A DNA stretch of 63,999 nucleotides, the filler included, from Circinaria calcarea (Eukaryota), in NCBI GenBank assembly GCA_051942165.1. It is 6 parts of 6 records of this genome, joined end to end, with 100 filler letters (N's around TTAATTAATTAA, not from the genome) between each part and the next. Parts side by side here need not be neighbours in the genome. Positions count along the whole stretch, not along the records: positions 42,860 to 53,457 come from JAVECS010000788.1; positions 53,558 to 63,999 come from JAVECS010000804.1; 4 more parts are not named here. One strand, written 5' to 3'. Below, piece by piece: positions 51,884 through 63,999 of the stretch (position 1 is its first letter; every line of letters starts with the position of its first letter). Under the pieces are notes generated by a model. The model searched no databases, was not told the DNA's origin, and saw only the letters and a list, made by a program, of their open reading frames with translations. A program made the translations under genes and the position numbers.

Positions 51884-53457
51884 ATGTCCAGTCAACAAGA
51901 AGGGCCCAACCCCTTAAGACCTTACTACATACCGCCCTCAGTCGGCTTGCCACTGGATGAGACCACCAATGTATCCTCTACCCGTGGCATAGGTAGTAAA
52001 CACCCATCCTCTACAACGACAGCAAAGCCTAGCTTTGGCACTTCAGCTCGCGACATTCTCTCCGATCTCGACTATTCGGATTACCTCTCGGATGCCTCTC
52101 CTTCAGCGACAGCGGTCATTAAGGGTCTGGTGGATCAGGCATTATGGAAATACAGCAGCGTACTCTTGGCGCAGCCGTTCGAGGTTGCAAAGACAGTCCT
52201 ACAGGTTCAGCATGGCGATGCGATGAGAGACAGATTTGCAGATGCAGCAGAGAATGAGGAGATGAGGAGGCGACCTGGGAAATACCGGCATGATGATTAT
52301 GGTGTCAGTCAGTTCTTGGAGAGGTTGAGAACTACCGCTAACATACTTTTGAAAGGTTCCCTCTGACGACTCTGATCCTGACTCCCCTTCCTACTTTACG
52401 TCCGCCGCTCCTCTATCACATACAGCCTCACGATCTCCCCGTCCTCATCGCCATAGGCATCATCGAGGCCGATCATTCTCACGATCTTCTCCACGAACTC
52501 CCCTCACACCCCCTGTATCACATTATTCCCAAACTTCCCCCCACACCCACCGACTAATTTCCCGGTCTTCCGTCACCGCAACCCTCTCTCACCTCTGGTC
52601 CACCGAGGGCGCTTGGGGGATATGGAAAGGAACGAATAGCACCTTCATCCACTCCGTCCTCCTAAGTACCTTGACCTCATTTACGCGATCGCTCCTTTGC
52701 GCCCTCCTTGCACTTCCCGACCCGGGCCTTTCGTTTTCTCACTCACAACCACCGTACCTAATACCCATGCCATCTGCCATTGGCGGTTTGGATATCCTTT
52801 CTTCACCTTCGCCCCTGGCCAGCCTAATAGCCGCAGTCAGTGCAGCAGGTATCGCCGGGATCATTCTAGCACCGCTAGACACCGCACGGACGAAGCTTAT
52901 GCTTACCCCTTCGACGCATCCACCAAGGTCCTTAATACCAACACTGCAATCCCTCCCCTCATGGACCCTTCCTTTCTCCATTGCTCCTGTCACATTTCTT
53001 CATTCCACGCTCCCAACTCTCATTTCCGCCTGCACGCCTCTTTTTCTACGCTCCCGTCTCGGCATCGACCCCGTCCTAACCCCAAACCTGTACGCCATTG
53101 CCACTTTCCTCTCCCAAACTCTCGAACTCGGCGTCCGCCTCCCTCTCGAAACCGTCCTCCGTCGAGGCCAAATTGCCATCTTCACATCACCCCATTCATT
53201 TTCCTCCAAACCTTCATCAATCTCCACCCAAACCCCTCCTCTCCAAACAACTGTGGAGGTCGGTCCCTACAAAGGCCTGGCAGGTACAATCTACCACATC
53301 GTCTTCGAAGAAGGTTCTCGCGACGAGCACAGTACTTCTTCCGGACCGGAAATTGTTAGCGGGACGGGAGGGGCGCCGGCGTTGAAAGTGGGAACAAGCG
53401 GGAAAAAGAAAAAGGGGCAAGGACTCGAGGGTTTGTGGAGGGGATGGCGGGTGGGGA
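51884..53457 (+). CDS. UGO1: Mitochondrial fusion protein Ugo1 (carrier-like), 3'-truncated
   Basis: Exons 51884-52303 and 52356-contig end. EGPNPLRPYY, LAQPFEVAKTVLQV, EGAWGIWKG, LAPLDTARTKL, LPLETVLRR, GLWRGWRVG. Confidence 0.88.
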
Positions 53458-53557
53458 NNNNNNNNNNNNNNNNNNNNNNNNNNNNNNNNNNNNNNNNNNN
53501 NTTAATTAATTAANNNNNNNNNNNNNNNNNNNNNNNNNNNNNNNNNNNNNNNNNNNN
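53458..53557. other. Artificial contig linker
   Basis: N44-TTAATTAATTAA-N44. Confidence 0.98.
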
Positions 53558-54174
53558 TCAACTCTTTCCTTCTTCTCCTCTTCTTCCGCTGCTTCCAGAT
53601 CACCCTCAAAGGCCCCCTCCAGTCTAACTTCTCGCATCCGCCAGATCTCCTCACTACTAGGCCCATTGCTATACTTCGTATCCCTTGCCCGATAATGATC
53701 CTGGATTCTCCTTTTTCTCTCCTCTTCCCCCATCATCCCCCTATTCGTACGCATGCAGAACCAGAAATTATGCCATTGGTCGGAGCAATTGCGGATCTTG
53801 CCGTAGCGATAGATGCTCGTAAACTGTCCGCCTAAAGACTGACAGTAGAATGCGCTGTCGAAAGCGGCGCGGCAGGACATTGTGGTAGGATAGAGGACGG
53901 AGGGAGCGATTGAGGAGTGGTTGATCTGGGAGGTACTAGGGGCAGCTTGAGCGGGAGAGGCATCTTCTTGTTCCGTATGAAGCTCTTTCAAAAACTCCTG
54001 GAGCTCCGCGTCTGCTTGCTCATCGCGCGAGAGCACTCGAGGCTGTTCTGGAATAGGTTTTGAAGAAGGTTGTGGTCCTCGGGAGTTTGTAATCTCTGGT
54101 CGAATGGAGCTCTCATCTTTTATGCATGACGGTGCACCATCTGTAGCTGCTGGTTCACCCCAGAACCAACCCAT
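53558..54174 (-). CDS. EMI1: Early meiotic induction protein 1 (twin CX9C), extreme 3' end truncated
   Basis: MSCRAAFDSAFYC and CSDQWHNFWFC (two CX9C motifs), YRYG, GPSSEEIW. Confidence 0.88.
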
Positions 54175-54412
54175 ACTTTGGGCATAGACTTGGGCAATAA
54201 TCAATGTTCAGGTACCCTATGTGCAAAGCCAAACTTTCCGGGACATATGCAAGGTACGGCACCCTAGATAGCGTCATTCACGCGCTGGAATCGATACACG
54301 CTCAATCAATTTCCTCATCATGCGCCATAATTTATTTAAGCACTGACACCCATTGAATGACTCGTCTGGGGACTCCTCAATTCATAGCTATGGGGTATTG
54401 AATCAATGCACT

Positions 54413-57089
54413 ATGCTTGGTTTCAGAGATTGGGGCCCTCGAGCCAATCTATCCTGCCACAGCTTTCCACGACGACAGTATTGCTTTACAGCAAATAGTT
54501 TTCGCCCTAGATGCTCACTGCCGCAACTCCGTAAAGAGGTGCGACAAAAGACTACACAGGCTGGCGAAGATAAATCTGGGCATATCAGTGCTGAGCCCAA
54601 CGAGGGTATCTTTTTCCTTGATAGTATAACCTCTACACTATAATTTTGCTGGCAGCGACTGACAAAGTTCTTAGATGTGTTCCCTCTCAAACTTCGCTGG
54701 CTTCTTCGTCTACCATGGCTTCATGTCGAAAGATCCATCCCTGATCTCATGAAACGCCTGAACAAACCCTACATAGGTGCCGCAGACCCCATGAGCATCA
54801 TAGAGCGTGCCGTACCGGGGAATCTACCTATCAAAGTCACAGAAATTGTTCCTCGTCTGAAAGAAGGTGGAGCATTTGTCAAGTTTTTCCATGACCCAGC
54901 AATACGAGCAACTGAAATTGAAGGGACCATTCGAGAGTTTTTAAAAGAAAATCCAATAAAGCCGTGGTTCAATCCGTGGAGGCGCGTGAGAGCCTTTCTG
55001 GTCTTAGGTAGGCCATGGATAGAAGACCTCTATCGGCTTCCGAGTTCAAGATTGAAGGTCGAATTCTTACCGGCTGCGCCAGGAGGCGAAGCTACCGAGC
55101 TCTCTCAGGAAATGCTTTACTCGCTCTTTCGGAGATATGGCAAGTTATCAGACATAGTACCTCAGCCAATGGACTCGAAAGTAGTTCCCAAATATGCCTA
55201 TCTGAATTTCAGATTGACCAGACATGCTATAATGGCCAAAAATTGCATGCATGGGTTCGTCCTGTCCGAAAAGGAGGGTGGGGGAAAGGCAGGAACTGTT
55301 TTGCGGTTAGCATATGAGCAAAAGATCAAAGCCCATTGGATCCGAGATTGGCTTGTAAACCATCCAAGGATTGTCATACCTGCTGCCGCTGCTTTGTTAG
55401 CTACTTTCACCGTCGCTATATTTGACCCGTAAGTTCTCTATCTTGGCCAAGTCCCTTAGCTGACACCCTCCAGAATTCGAACGTTTTTTATCAAAGCTCA
55501 CGTCACACGTACCTTTCACATCAATGATAATGTAGTAATAAAGTGGTTACGGTCACAGCTCACTCGAGCCAACGATATTCTTAGCTTCAGACACCATCGA
55601 CCTGAAGATGCTGGATTTAACGCCATCTGGGACGATAGGAAAGACAGTATCAAGCAAATTCAGACCTGGTTGATGGAGACAGCCGATACCTTTATAGTGA
55701 TCCAGGGACCACGAGGATCTGGGAAGAAAGAGCTGGTCTTGGATCAAGCCTTGAAAGGTCGTAAGAATACTCTTGTCATCGACTGTAAGCCAATACAGGA
55801 AGCTCGAGGCGACGCCGCTACCATATCTGCTGCCGCACTAGAAGTCGGTTACCGGCCTGTCTTCTCATGGATGAATACCTTCAGTAGCTTGATTGATCTA
55901 GCTGCCCAAGGAACTATTGGAACCAAGACTGGCTTTTCTGAAACTCTTGATACCCAATTGGCGAAGATATGGCAGAATACTGCAGCTGCACTCAAGCAAA
56001 TAGCTCTGGAAGGGCGCAAAAAGGATGACAAAGACGCAGACCTTGGAGACGACGAATATCTTGAAGCTCACCCAGAACGTCGTCCAGTAGTTGTGATTGA
56101 CAACTTCTTGCACAAGAGTCAGGAGAGTAGCCTGGTGTATGATAAGATCTCCCAGTGGGCGGCAGCATTGACCACGGCGAATATTGCTCATGTCATCTTC
56201 CTGACAAATGATGTTTCGTTTTCAAAGTCCCTCAGCAAAGCCCTGCCAGATCGTGTTTTTCGTCAGATATCATTAGGGGACTGCTCGGCAGAGACAGCCA
56301 AGCGTTTTGTGATCAATCACCTTGACGCAGATGCTGATGACAACGAGGGCGGAGATACAAAACTTACGCCATCTCAAAAACGTAATGACCTGGGCGAACT
56401 TGACAACTGTATCCAAACGCTTGGTGGACGGCTTACCGATCTTGAGTTCTTGGCTAGGCGGATCAAAACCGGCGAGAGCCCTAGCAGTCAGTACACAGCT
56501 CTGTCATTGTTTTTGAACTCTGCTAATGCATGTCACAGAAGCCGTCCAAGAAATAATTGAGCAGTCTGCATCGGAAATTCTGAAGATGTACATCCTTGAT
56601 ATCGACCACACATCTCGGAAATGGAACCCAGAACAAGCTTGGCTGCTCATCAAATCTCTTTCTGAGAAGGAGAACCTACGTTACAATGAGGTACTTCTGT
56701 CCGATACCTACAAATCGGGTGGGGAGTCAACCTTACAAGCACTGGAGCAGGCGGAGCTCATTACTATTCTATCATTGAATGGTCGACCACATAGCATCAA
56801 GCCTGGTAAACCCGTTTATCAAGCTGCCTTCCGATTATTAACGCAAGACCACGTCTTGAAAGCAAAGTTGGACCTTGCCATCCTCTCGGAATTAACTAAA
56901 ATCGAGACGCAAAGTATTGATAAGTATGAAATAGAGCTTCACCTTCTTGCCAAGTTACCCAAGCAGCCTGGAGAATTGCAGCCGCGGGTTCAGTGGCTGT
57001 TAAACAAGCTGCAAAGCTGTCAGGCTAAGGTGGAGAAGTATGAGTCGGAGAGCGGAGAGCTCAAAAAGGTGCTCCAGGTGGAATACTAA
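54413..57089 (+). CDS. YME2: Mitochondrial escape protein 2 (RNA12; RRM plus P-loop)
   Basis: Exons 54413-54623, 54675-55428, 55474-56486, 56539-57089. PRLKEGGAFVKF, GRPWIEDL, GPRGSGKKEL, PVVVIDNF, LGGRLTDLE. Confidence 0.94.
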
Positions 57090-58699
57090 TGCTGTAAGGT
57101 ATTGTATCAAAAGGATCAGGTTTTTGTTGTACATATGGGCTTCGGTGTCTCGGACTTGGGAGGGACCACCCGTTATATACCACTCTGTTGGTCGATTTTA
57201 AACTACTCAAATTTTACTAGGCCTAAAAACCTCTCTCTACTTCATACTGATATTCAAAGCTCTTCATTGCCACAGTCATATTCACGGTCTCTATATAGTC
57301 TTGACATGGTAGCAGGGGTCATTACGGTTCTAACCCCCTGGATATATAATCCAGTGATATATACTGCTCAAAGACTTTTATCTCTTCCCTCTTCATTAGA
57401 GTTAGCATCATGCTGTAACATCACCTTATCTTATCGCCTTCCCGTCTCTGGCTGTGCTAGAACCCCCATCCTCGTATGGGCAGCCTCGAACGCACTATAT
57501 GAGTTTCCACTCATCCCATGCCCGATTTACTTTCCTGCCGAGTACCCGCCTAGTACCAAGTTAGTGTTCACATCTTGCATGTCAGATCCCCCCAGTTGGA
57601 GGGCAGTGATCATACACTGCATCCTCCGCTGCCTTGTTAGTCTACTTTGCCCTGTTGCCAAAGACCTATATGGTCTAGGCCATACAGCTCTTTAAAATAC
57701 CCCGCCTTTTACCATATATGTATACACAATTCAGAACTTTTTGGTCTATTACGACCACAGCGGTTTGCTGCCGTATATATGATGTTGAGTTCTGAGGCCT
57801 GGATGAGAAGACATAAGTCTCGGAGTTTTCATTCTTTCCACAAGAGGCCCAGAGAGGATTCACTTGCCGCATACTCTATATGACATCAACTGGTTAACAT
57901 CAACTGGATTGTTTCGTTCTATACATTGCCTGTGCTTTACTAAGGACCTGGCTTGTATCGTGATATCACCTCTGGGCTGCCTTGGGTGTTTGTTCTTTGA
58001 CTAGCTATAACTCGTTGTGGACTTAATAGCTTACGACCAGTCATCTTCTTATATAGCGGCACTAGAATCCCTTTTCGGCCCGCTTAGGACTACGCTTTTG
58101 ATATATATATGATCATAATCTAGCTCAAGGATGGGGAACCATCGTGTCTCACTTGGAGGTGAACAGGTATATCCCCCCTGGCCTTCTCAGTCGGACAGTC
58201 CCTTGGGAAAATTGTCGTCTGTTCAGGTACATACGTAAAATAAGATAGAGAGCTGCGGAAGCGAACTATGAGAGTCTGTTCCTTGTCCCATACCCGGGAG
58301 ATTTAGGTATGATCGCTGTCATCTCGTCCAAATACTTGGACTGTGCACGGTCAGCGAATCGTGACACAAGTGCCTTCACAAAAATCCTCTCAATGAATGC
58401 AGTCGGCAATTGGCCTACCCCATACTATCTCCCCGTTCATTGTTTCTTTCTAGATGCTGCCACGCTTTCTTCAGGACCGGTATAAGAGAGCAGAATGGAA
58501 CGATGAATCTGAAGTGCGAAACCCTTTCACAGAAGTTCTGTACGAAGACTACGTTCCCAAACTTAAACCTTTCGAGGCGAGTTTGCCGACCGGAAGAGAA
58601 AAGCGGAGGGCGTGGGAACGCATTCTTTGATTCTGTCGTGGATATGATCAACGAGATGGCTACTAACGTATTGTTGGAGGGTAATTTCACTCCATGAGG

Positions 58700-60428
58700 T
58701 GGGGAATTTTTTGTAGCTGTCTAGCTAGCCTTGAAACGCGGTCTCGCTACCATACGTTTGAACTCAAGTTAAGGAGGCCAAGAAGTTGCAGAGAGAGAAG
58801 GAGACCAAAGTAAAACGTCTACCCCGTACGTCTTTTTCATTTGTTGACTTCATCAAGCGGCGGGATTGGGTGGTTAAGGAGGACTATGAACACAAGCCAG
58901 TTCAAAAAGCGAAAGGAAAATTGAAAGTTGAGGAAGAGGTAAAGAGGCCCACCAAGAAGATAAAGGTATCACCTTCGTCGAGAGATAAGTATATAAGAGA
59001 AGATACTTCAGAAGAAAGTATCAGAGGAGCAGGCTAAGGCCGGTGCTAAAGACAAGCCCACGACCAATGCGAAAAAGACGAAGGGCGCGCCTTCATCGGA
59101 AGACAAGTTATAGAAGAGAGTCGAGGTCAGAAGGAAAAACCGGAGGAGCTGGCTAAGGCCAATGGCAAAACCACAATTACTGGCCATGGTCAAATGACCA
59201 GTTTTTCTATATTCAGGAAATTTCAGGACCTTGATTACACCTTAGACATGGCAATCCACTCTTCGGTCCACTAGCAGCCTGGAGATACATTTTCAAAGAA
59301 TCAGAAGAGGATGCTGGCGGGTTGAGAGATGCTCTCTGTTTGCCACCAGACAAGATCTCCCTCGATTACTGGGGAGAACAAGCGAACAGCTTGGAAGTCC
59401 GCCTGTGGCTAGGCCGCCCATTGAGCCCTATCTGATTGCTGGCGGGATGCAAAGCAAGTCGCCGAGGAGATTGAACGCATTGTTGGTTTGCATGCACATC
59501 CCTAAAATAGGCTACGACCGGCACGCAGTCAGATAACTGTGTCAACCTTCAAACCAACGGCTAATCCTGAAGTAACGTGGCTTGACCATTACCACATTAT
59601 TGGTATCCCACCGCTTGTTGACATCCTGAAGTCTCATTTACTGAATTACTGTCGGCAATAATATGGGGATCCTAGCGCTATTCTTTATAGCTCCGGCTTA
59701 TTCCCTCCTCAAGAGGTCTAGTTTTAGTACATTGATTACGTCTTGCGCACCCAGTGGCTCACCTTATATTTTGTTTCTTATATATGAAAAGACGATGCTT
59801 ATCAAGCGTAGGATGGCAACGGGCCTAATCACCCAGTGTATAATATAACTCGCATACGGTCACGATGGTGACAATAAGTTCTGCAGCTCAGCCTACCATA
59901 CCATCAGCTAGGTTCAACCTCCAAGCGGCTCGCAAAGGGAAGACCAGCAAGGCAGTGGGAGGCATATCGCTTTACATGATGCTATTTCCAGGTCGCAGCT
60001 GACTGGATAAACACTGGCCCTACATCCCATCGGAAGAGCTTCGTTCAGAAAGCCTCATTGACCTTACTACGAGCCTCGTTCGAGGAACAACGCCGCCAAG
60101 AACGTATTACGAAATAAGATACGGCCACCCTTTTGCCCTTCGGTCACGGGTTTTACTCTACAGGTATCGAGTCACGAATCTTGAGGTTCACGAACTTCTT
60201 ATGCAATTCCTTACCACTCAGAATGTGATGCGTATGAAGGGGGTCGATGCGAGCGTAGACAAGCATACACACAAAAAGAAAGAATTAGATCAGTCGTGGC
60301 TAAATTGGCGTCGAACTCGAAAACCTAGACAAAACCCGTCAGGTAATGATGAGGAAGATGAAGAGTCCCAGGATGAAAAGAGGCAAGAGGCAGAGGTGGA
60401 GGCGGAAGCGGAAGCAAACGAGGATTAG
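58700..60428 (+). pseudogene. Degraded gene relic with Lys/Glu-rich N-part and acidic C-tail
   Basis: Protein-like segments with stops and frameshifts: SFVDFIKRRDWVVKEDY; QVAEEIERIVGLHAHP*; PLVDILKSHLLNYCRQ*YGDPSAILYSSGL; NLEVHELLMQFLTTQ...EAEAEANED*. Confidence 0.45.
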
Positions 60429-61223
60429 TTGACAGAACCGTGTATGAGGGTACCTGAGGGCGGGAACAAAAAACTGCTACGGTCCTTTACTCTAGCAGTG
60501 GACGGGGACTACATAGATGGGCATAATGCTGGATATGTCTAAAAAACAAACGAAATAGACCATATTCTAATTACCGGTCATGCTTGGACCTATTAATGGT
60601 TGCGTCCATAATGGGATTGATCCCATTTTAAGATAGTAGCCTATACTTGGTCTGTCTCCCTCATAATCAATGGGTGCAAAAAGTACGTAAGCCGTCTTCA
60701 TCACAATTTATATCTGGTCATTCACTTTGAATTGGGCGTGTTACATACATTATGATGATAACCTACGTGATGATCGAAGCCGGTGAGTAAAAAGTTGTTG
60801 CCGAAAATAATAGTATGGTACTGGAGGGGCCCTTACACAGGAATTATAGCTTATCGAATAATGTAAAGACTTTGAACGCGGAGAATGTCCGTTATAGAAT
60901 CTCGACCTACATATAGTGTAGTAGGAGTGGAGTACCCCTCATCCACTGGTTGTCTTCCATTGGCGATGATTGATTTTTGCTCATCGGGGCCTCGGATAAA
61001 CAAGAGCTTGCCTGTACGAACCAAAATATATCAATGCCTCGGGCCGATTATCCTAGAATATGATTCCAAACCAAATACGGTAATTCTGCACGTCCAACCT
61101 GCCAATAGTAGCTATCCTCAGTATAACTTGTCCCATTTAGCTGTGCGATGTCTGCAAGCGCATGCAGTGGACATTGCTGAAAAGCTAAAATACTATGTAG
61201 AAACTAACTATCCCATAGCAGAC

Positions 61224-62190
61224 ATGTTCTCCTACCTTCCCCCCTTGACACTTCACGATGTAAGAAACCTTAACCAAAAGCTCCACTCGCTCTTGGGTAG
61301 CTCCACAGAACTAACAGCATCAGGCCCATAGCTTATGGTATCCGACCCTCTCAGGTCATTCGGTGCCATCATCTACCGCAGCCACTGGCACTCATCACCA
61401 TGCCAACCCCCAGCAAAACCGCAACTCACACCCTACGGTACCAGTACGAACGGTCCTAAGCATCTTGCGCTCCGAGGAGAAAGCGCTACTCCAACGAAAG
61501 AAGAACATTGAACGTTTCGGCGCGGCATGGCTCAAACCCCCCGGGGTAACCAAGACCTATCAGGGCATATTGGACGAGCAGGCGGAGAGGGAGGAGCAAG
61601 AGGCTGTTGCGCAAAGGTACACACAATCATCTTCGGGGACTTCCCACCGGAGCCCCGTTTCGCGCTTTTGGAAATTATACTAATCCTTGCCGGGGGGTTT
61701 CTTCTCTAGGGAAATGGCGATGTTGGAAGCTCAAGCGGCTGCAGAGGAAGCCGAGGACGGCGCCGACGTTATGGATGACGGCGACGACGGCGCGGAAGAA
61801 CGAGACCTCGACGACGAGATTCCCGACGCCGACCAAGAAGAAAATGTCGATGTGGATGACGGGCAAGCTTGGGAAGATGAGGACGGAGACGATGCCTTGC
61901 CGAATGAGGAAGGCGACGGGGATTATGCCGGAGAAGAAGGTGAGACGCAGGTTAGGGATCTGGACGATGATGTTCCCGAGGGCGGCAGCTACCAACACAC
62001 GGATACGGATATTGAAGATGAGAGCAGTGAGGATGGAGCCGATATAGCTCGAGAGTCATTGCCGGCGGGTGTATCTCGGAGCGGAGGACTTCCTAGTTCG
62101 GTGTTTGGGAGCAGTCCGAATGTACAACCGCGGGCTGCAGCAAGGAGGAGTGGTAACTTGCCTAGAAGAGGTCAAGGAAGAGAGAACTGA
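61224..62190 (+). CDS. APC15: Anaphase-promoting complex subunit Apc15 (Mnd2-like)
   Basis: Exons 61224-61259, 61324-61616, 61710-62190. RKKNIERFGAAWLKPPGVTKT; acidic tail with ERDLDDEIPDAD and RDLDDDVPE. Confidence 0.85.
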
Positions 62191-62378
62191 GATCTTGAGC
62201 CTGTATAACGTCATGGGACTCTAGTTTTACGAATGAAAAATAATTACTGAATATTTGCCAAATCTGTACGAAAGCCGAGCTGGATATGCTTTTACTACAT
62301 GGCTATTTATCACGGAGCTACCATCCCATATTGATAATCCTCCAACTGGTTTAGAGGCATCCTGGACTGTAACAAAAC

Positions 62379-63999
62379 TCATATAAACCACATACGCCCG
62401 CACTTCCTTTCCTCAAACGCCTCACCATTCATAATACCATGAATATAGCAATCACTGACAAATTTGTGTACCTGACCGTCCTTCCTGACTACAAGTGGTA
62501 GTTTCCCACCTTCACATAGAACAACCAGATCATTTACTCTCACCACGTCACTAGCGAGTCCAATGTACCCCTTCTTTGTTCTCACCAACTTACGGTTTGG
62601 GGTGCGTTCCATCATTAATTGAAACTCAGAAGGCAGTACAACCGGTGGCAAACACATCAACTTGCGCAAGATCCCCCAGAAGAGCGACATCAGCATTGCA
62701 AATCCCAGAGCCCACTCGAATAGTGGGGAGGGTAAGATTCGCAGATAGGCAAATTTCAGGTAGGACCGAGTCCATATAAGATAATGTGCTTTTAGACCCT
62801 CTCGATCTGCGGCCATAACCTCGGGGGAGTTGCAACCTGCAATCAATACTTGCCAGTAAGCGTCCTCGAGATCTTCTCCGGTGATGTACTTCTTCTCAGT
62901 AGGGAGACCGGCGATGCTCCTCCAGTTTATATGCCGTTTACGTCCTTCGAATTCTTTGCGCAATAGTTTCATAGAGAGAGAGGCGCCATCGTTCCCTGTT
63001 TCCAACGGCTGGGTCTTGCCAAACTTTGCAATTTCATCAAAGACGAAACCAGACAGGCCGAGGTGATGGCCGTCCCGTGCGAATTCAGGCGAGCACTGGG
63101 TAGCCCGAGAGGCGCAATATCGAGATGGGCTCCACACATTATCTTCCGAACCGATAAGGGAAACTACTTCCACTGGTCGGCTCCAGTCAGGAATCCAGGT
63201 CGGTGAGTGCGAAAACTGGTCAATTCGTGGCACACTTAGAATATCCAAGTTCCTCTCCCAGGTAAGTATCTTGATGGCTAAATCACGATAAACCTCCTCA
63301 ACAGGGAGGCGATAATCTATACAGATGTCTAACCCTTCCGGACCAGCGTTCTCTGCTAGCCCAAAAAGGGCAAATATCTTGTCTCTCGGGTCTGTCGTCA
63401 AGGCGAGGCGATGTCGAAGGAGAACTGAGAGTAGGTCGTTCCGGCTTACGCAACTTTTAAATGCCTCACGCGAGAGGAAAATTTGGATAGGCTGCCTATG
63501 ATTCGCAGTGTAGAAAAATGGCGTCAATCCGATATTATACGTGAAGTAAAACCCCTTTAGAAAGTCATCAAAAGGAAAGATTGCTCTTCCACAGTAAATA
63601 GTGATGGAGCGTGCCACGACTGCTTCTTGGATAACCCAGCCTCGGCTGAACCATGGCCGTTTCAATATCGCAAAGAAGGCTGCCCAAGCTGGATCAGTAC
63701 ATGCTGGCAGATTATAAACTCGGCGAGACCCGAGGTTCCCAGCTCGATAAAATTTCGCCTGTCGTCCGAAGCATCCCATTTCTTGTCTGCTTCGATCAAT
63801 TTTGGTACCAAGGCCAACCCAAGCTGGCTATTGTCGGCTTCTTCGCCAAGCCAGGCGATAACTTGTGCAGCCTTTTCGTAGATTTGGCGCATGAGACGAA
63901 CCTGTTGATTTCGCTCATCAATATCTTGCTGATTTATACAGATGGCGTCTGCCCATAACGTTCTCGTTTCGGATCTATGCCGCAGTTGCTGGAGTGCGA
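62379..63999 (-). CDS. HET-6-like heterokaryon incompatibility protein, 5'-truncated, with an apparent frameshift near 63725
   Basis: LWADAICINQQDIDERNQQVRLMRQIY, VIAWLG, PWFSRGWVIQE, TDPRDKIFAL, PTWIPDWS, FVSDCYIHGIMNGE; the motifs lie in two reading frames. Confidence 0.85.

Noticed and set aside
57102..57695. 197-aa ORF directly after YME2
   Set aside because: TTG start 12 nt after the YME2 stop, no motifs; likely 3' UTR or antisense of degenerate DNA.
60885..61223. 148-aa ORF extending upstream of APC15
   Set aside because: Only its later part coincides with APC15 exon 1 (ATG 61224); the upstream part has no recognisable features and reads like AT-rich promoter DNA.
12451..63999. The two HET genes as one linked incompatibility locus
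   Set aside because: They lie on different, artificially joined contigs.

Overview
Intron-containing DNA from a filamentous ascomycete (Pezizomycotina; inferred from gene content and short GT-AG introns). The window is not contiguous. It holds six contigs of about 10.6 kb joined by an artificial 100-nt linker (N44-TTAATTAATTAA-N44), and the complete contigs fall in decreasing length order, so genes on opposite sides of a linker cannot be assumed linked. Contig 1: DAL81/TamA-like Zn2Cys6 factor, TAP-like alpha/beta hydrolase, RecJ-like DHH phosphoesterase, secreted tyrosinase. Contig 2: membrane protein, HET-domain gene, decayed genes. Contig 3: 3' end of NEW1/elf1, a broken gene, a long gene-free tract. 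Contig 4: Spg5-like, LARP1-like (La+DM15), a protein with two F-box-like modules. Contigs 5-6: four tight head-to-head pairs (GUS1/MRPL1, COG2/TAF11, YAH1/UGO1, EMI1/YME2), a degenerate tRNA-like sequence, pseudogene relics, APC15 and a frameshifted HET-6-like gene. The most interesting locus is the DHH gene. It keeps RecJ-type catalytic motifs and carries a bipartite NLS-like N-terminus, a C-terminal PIP-box-like motif and an in-frame upstream ATG adding a mitochondrial-presequence-like leader. This suggests, by inference only, an uncharacterised PCNA-coupled, dual-targeted fungal nuclease. All calls were made by eye; no database searches were run.
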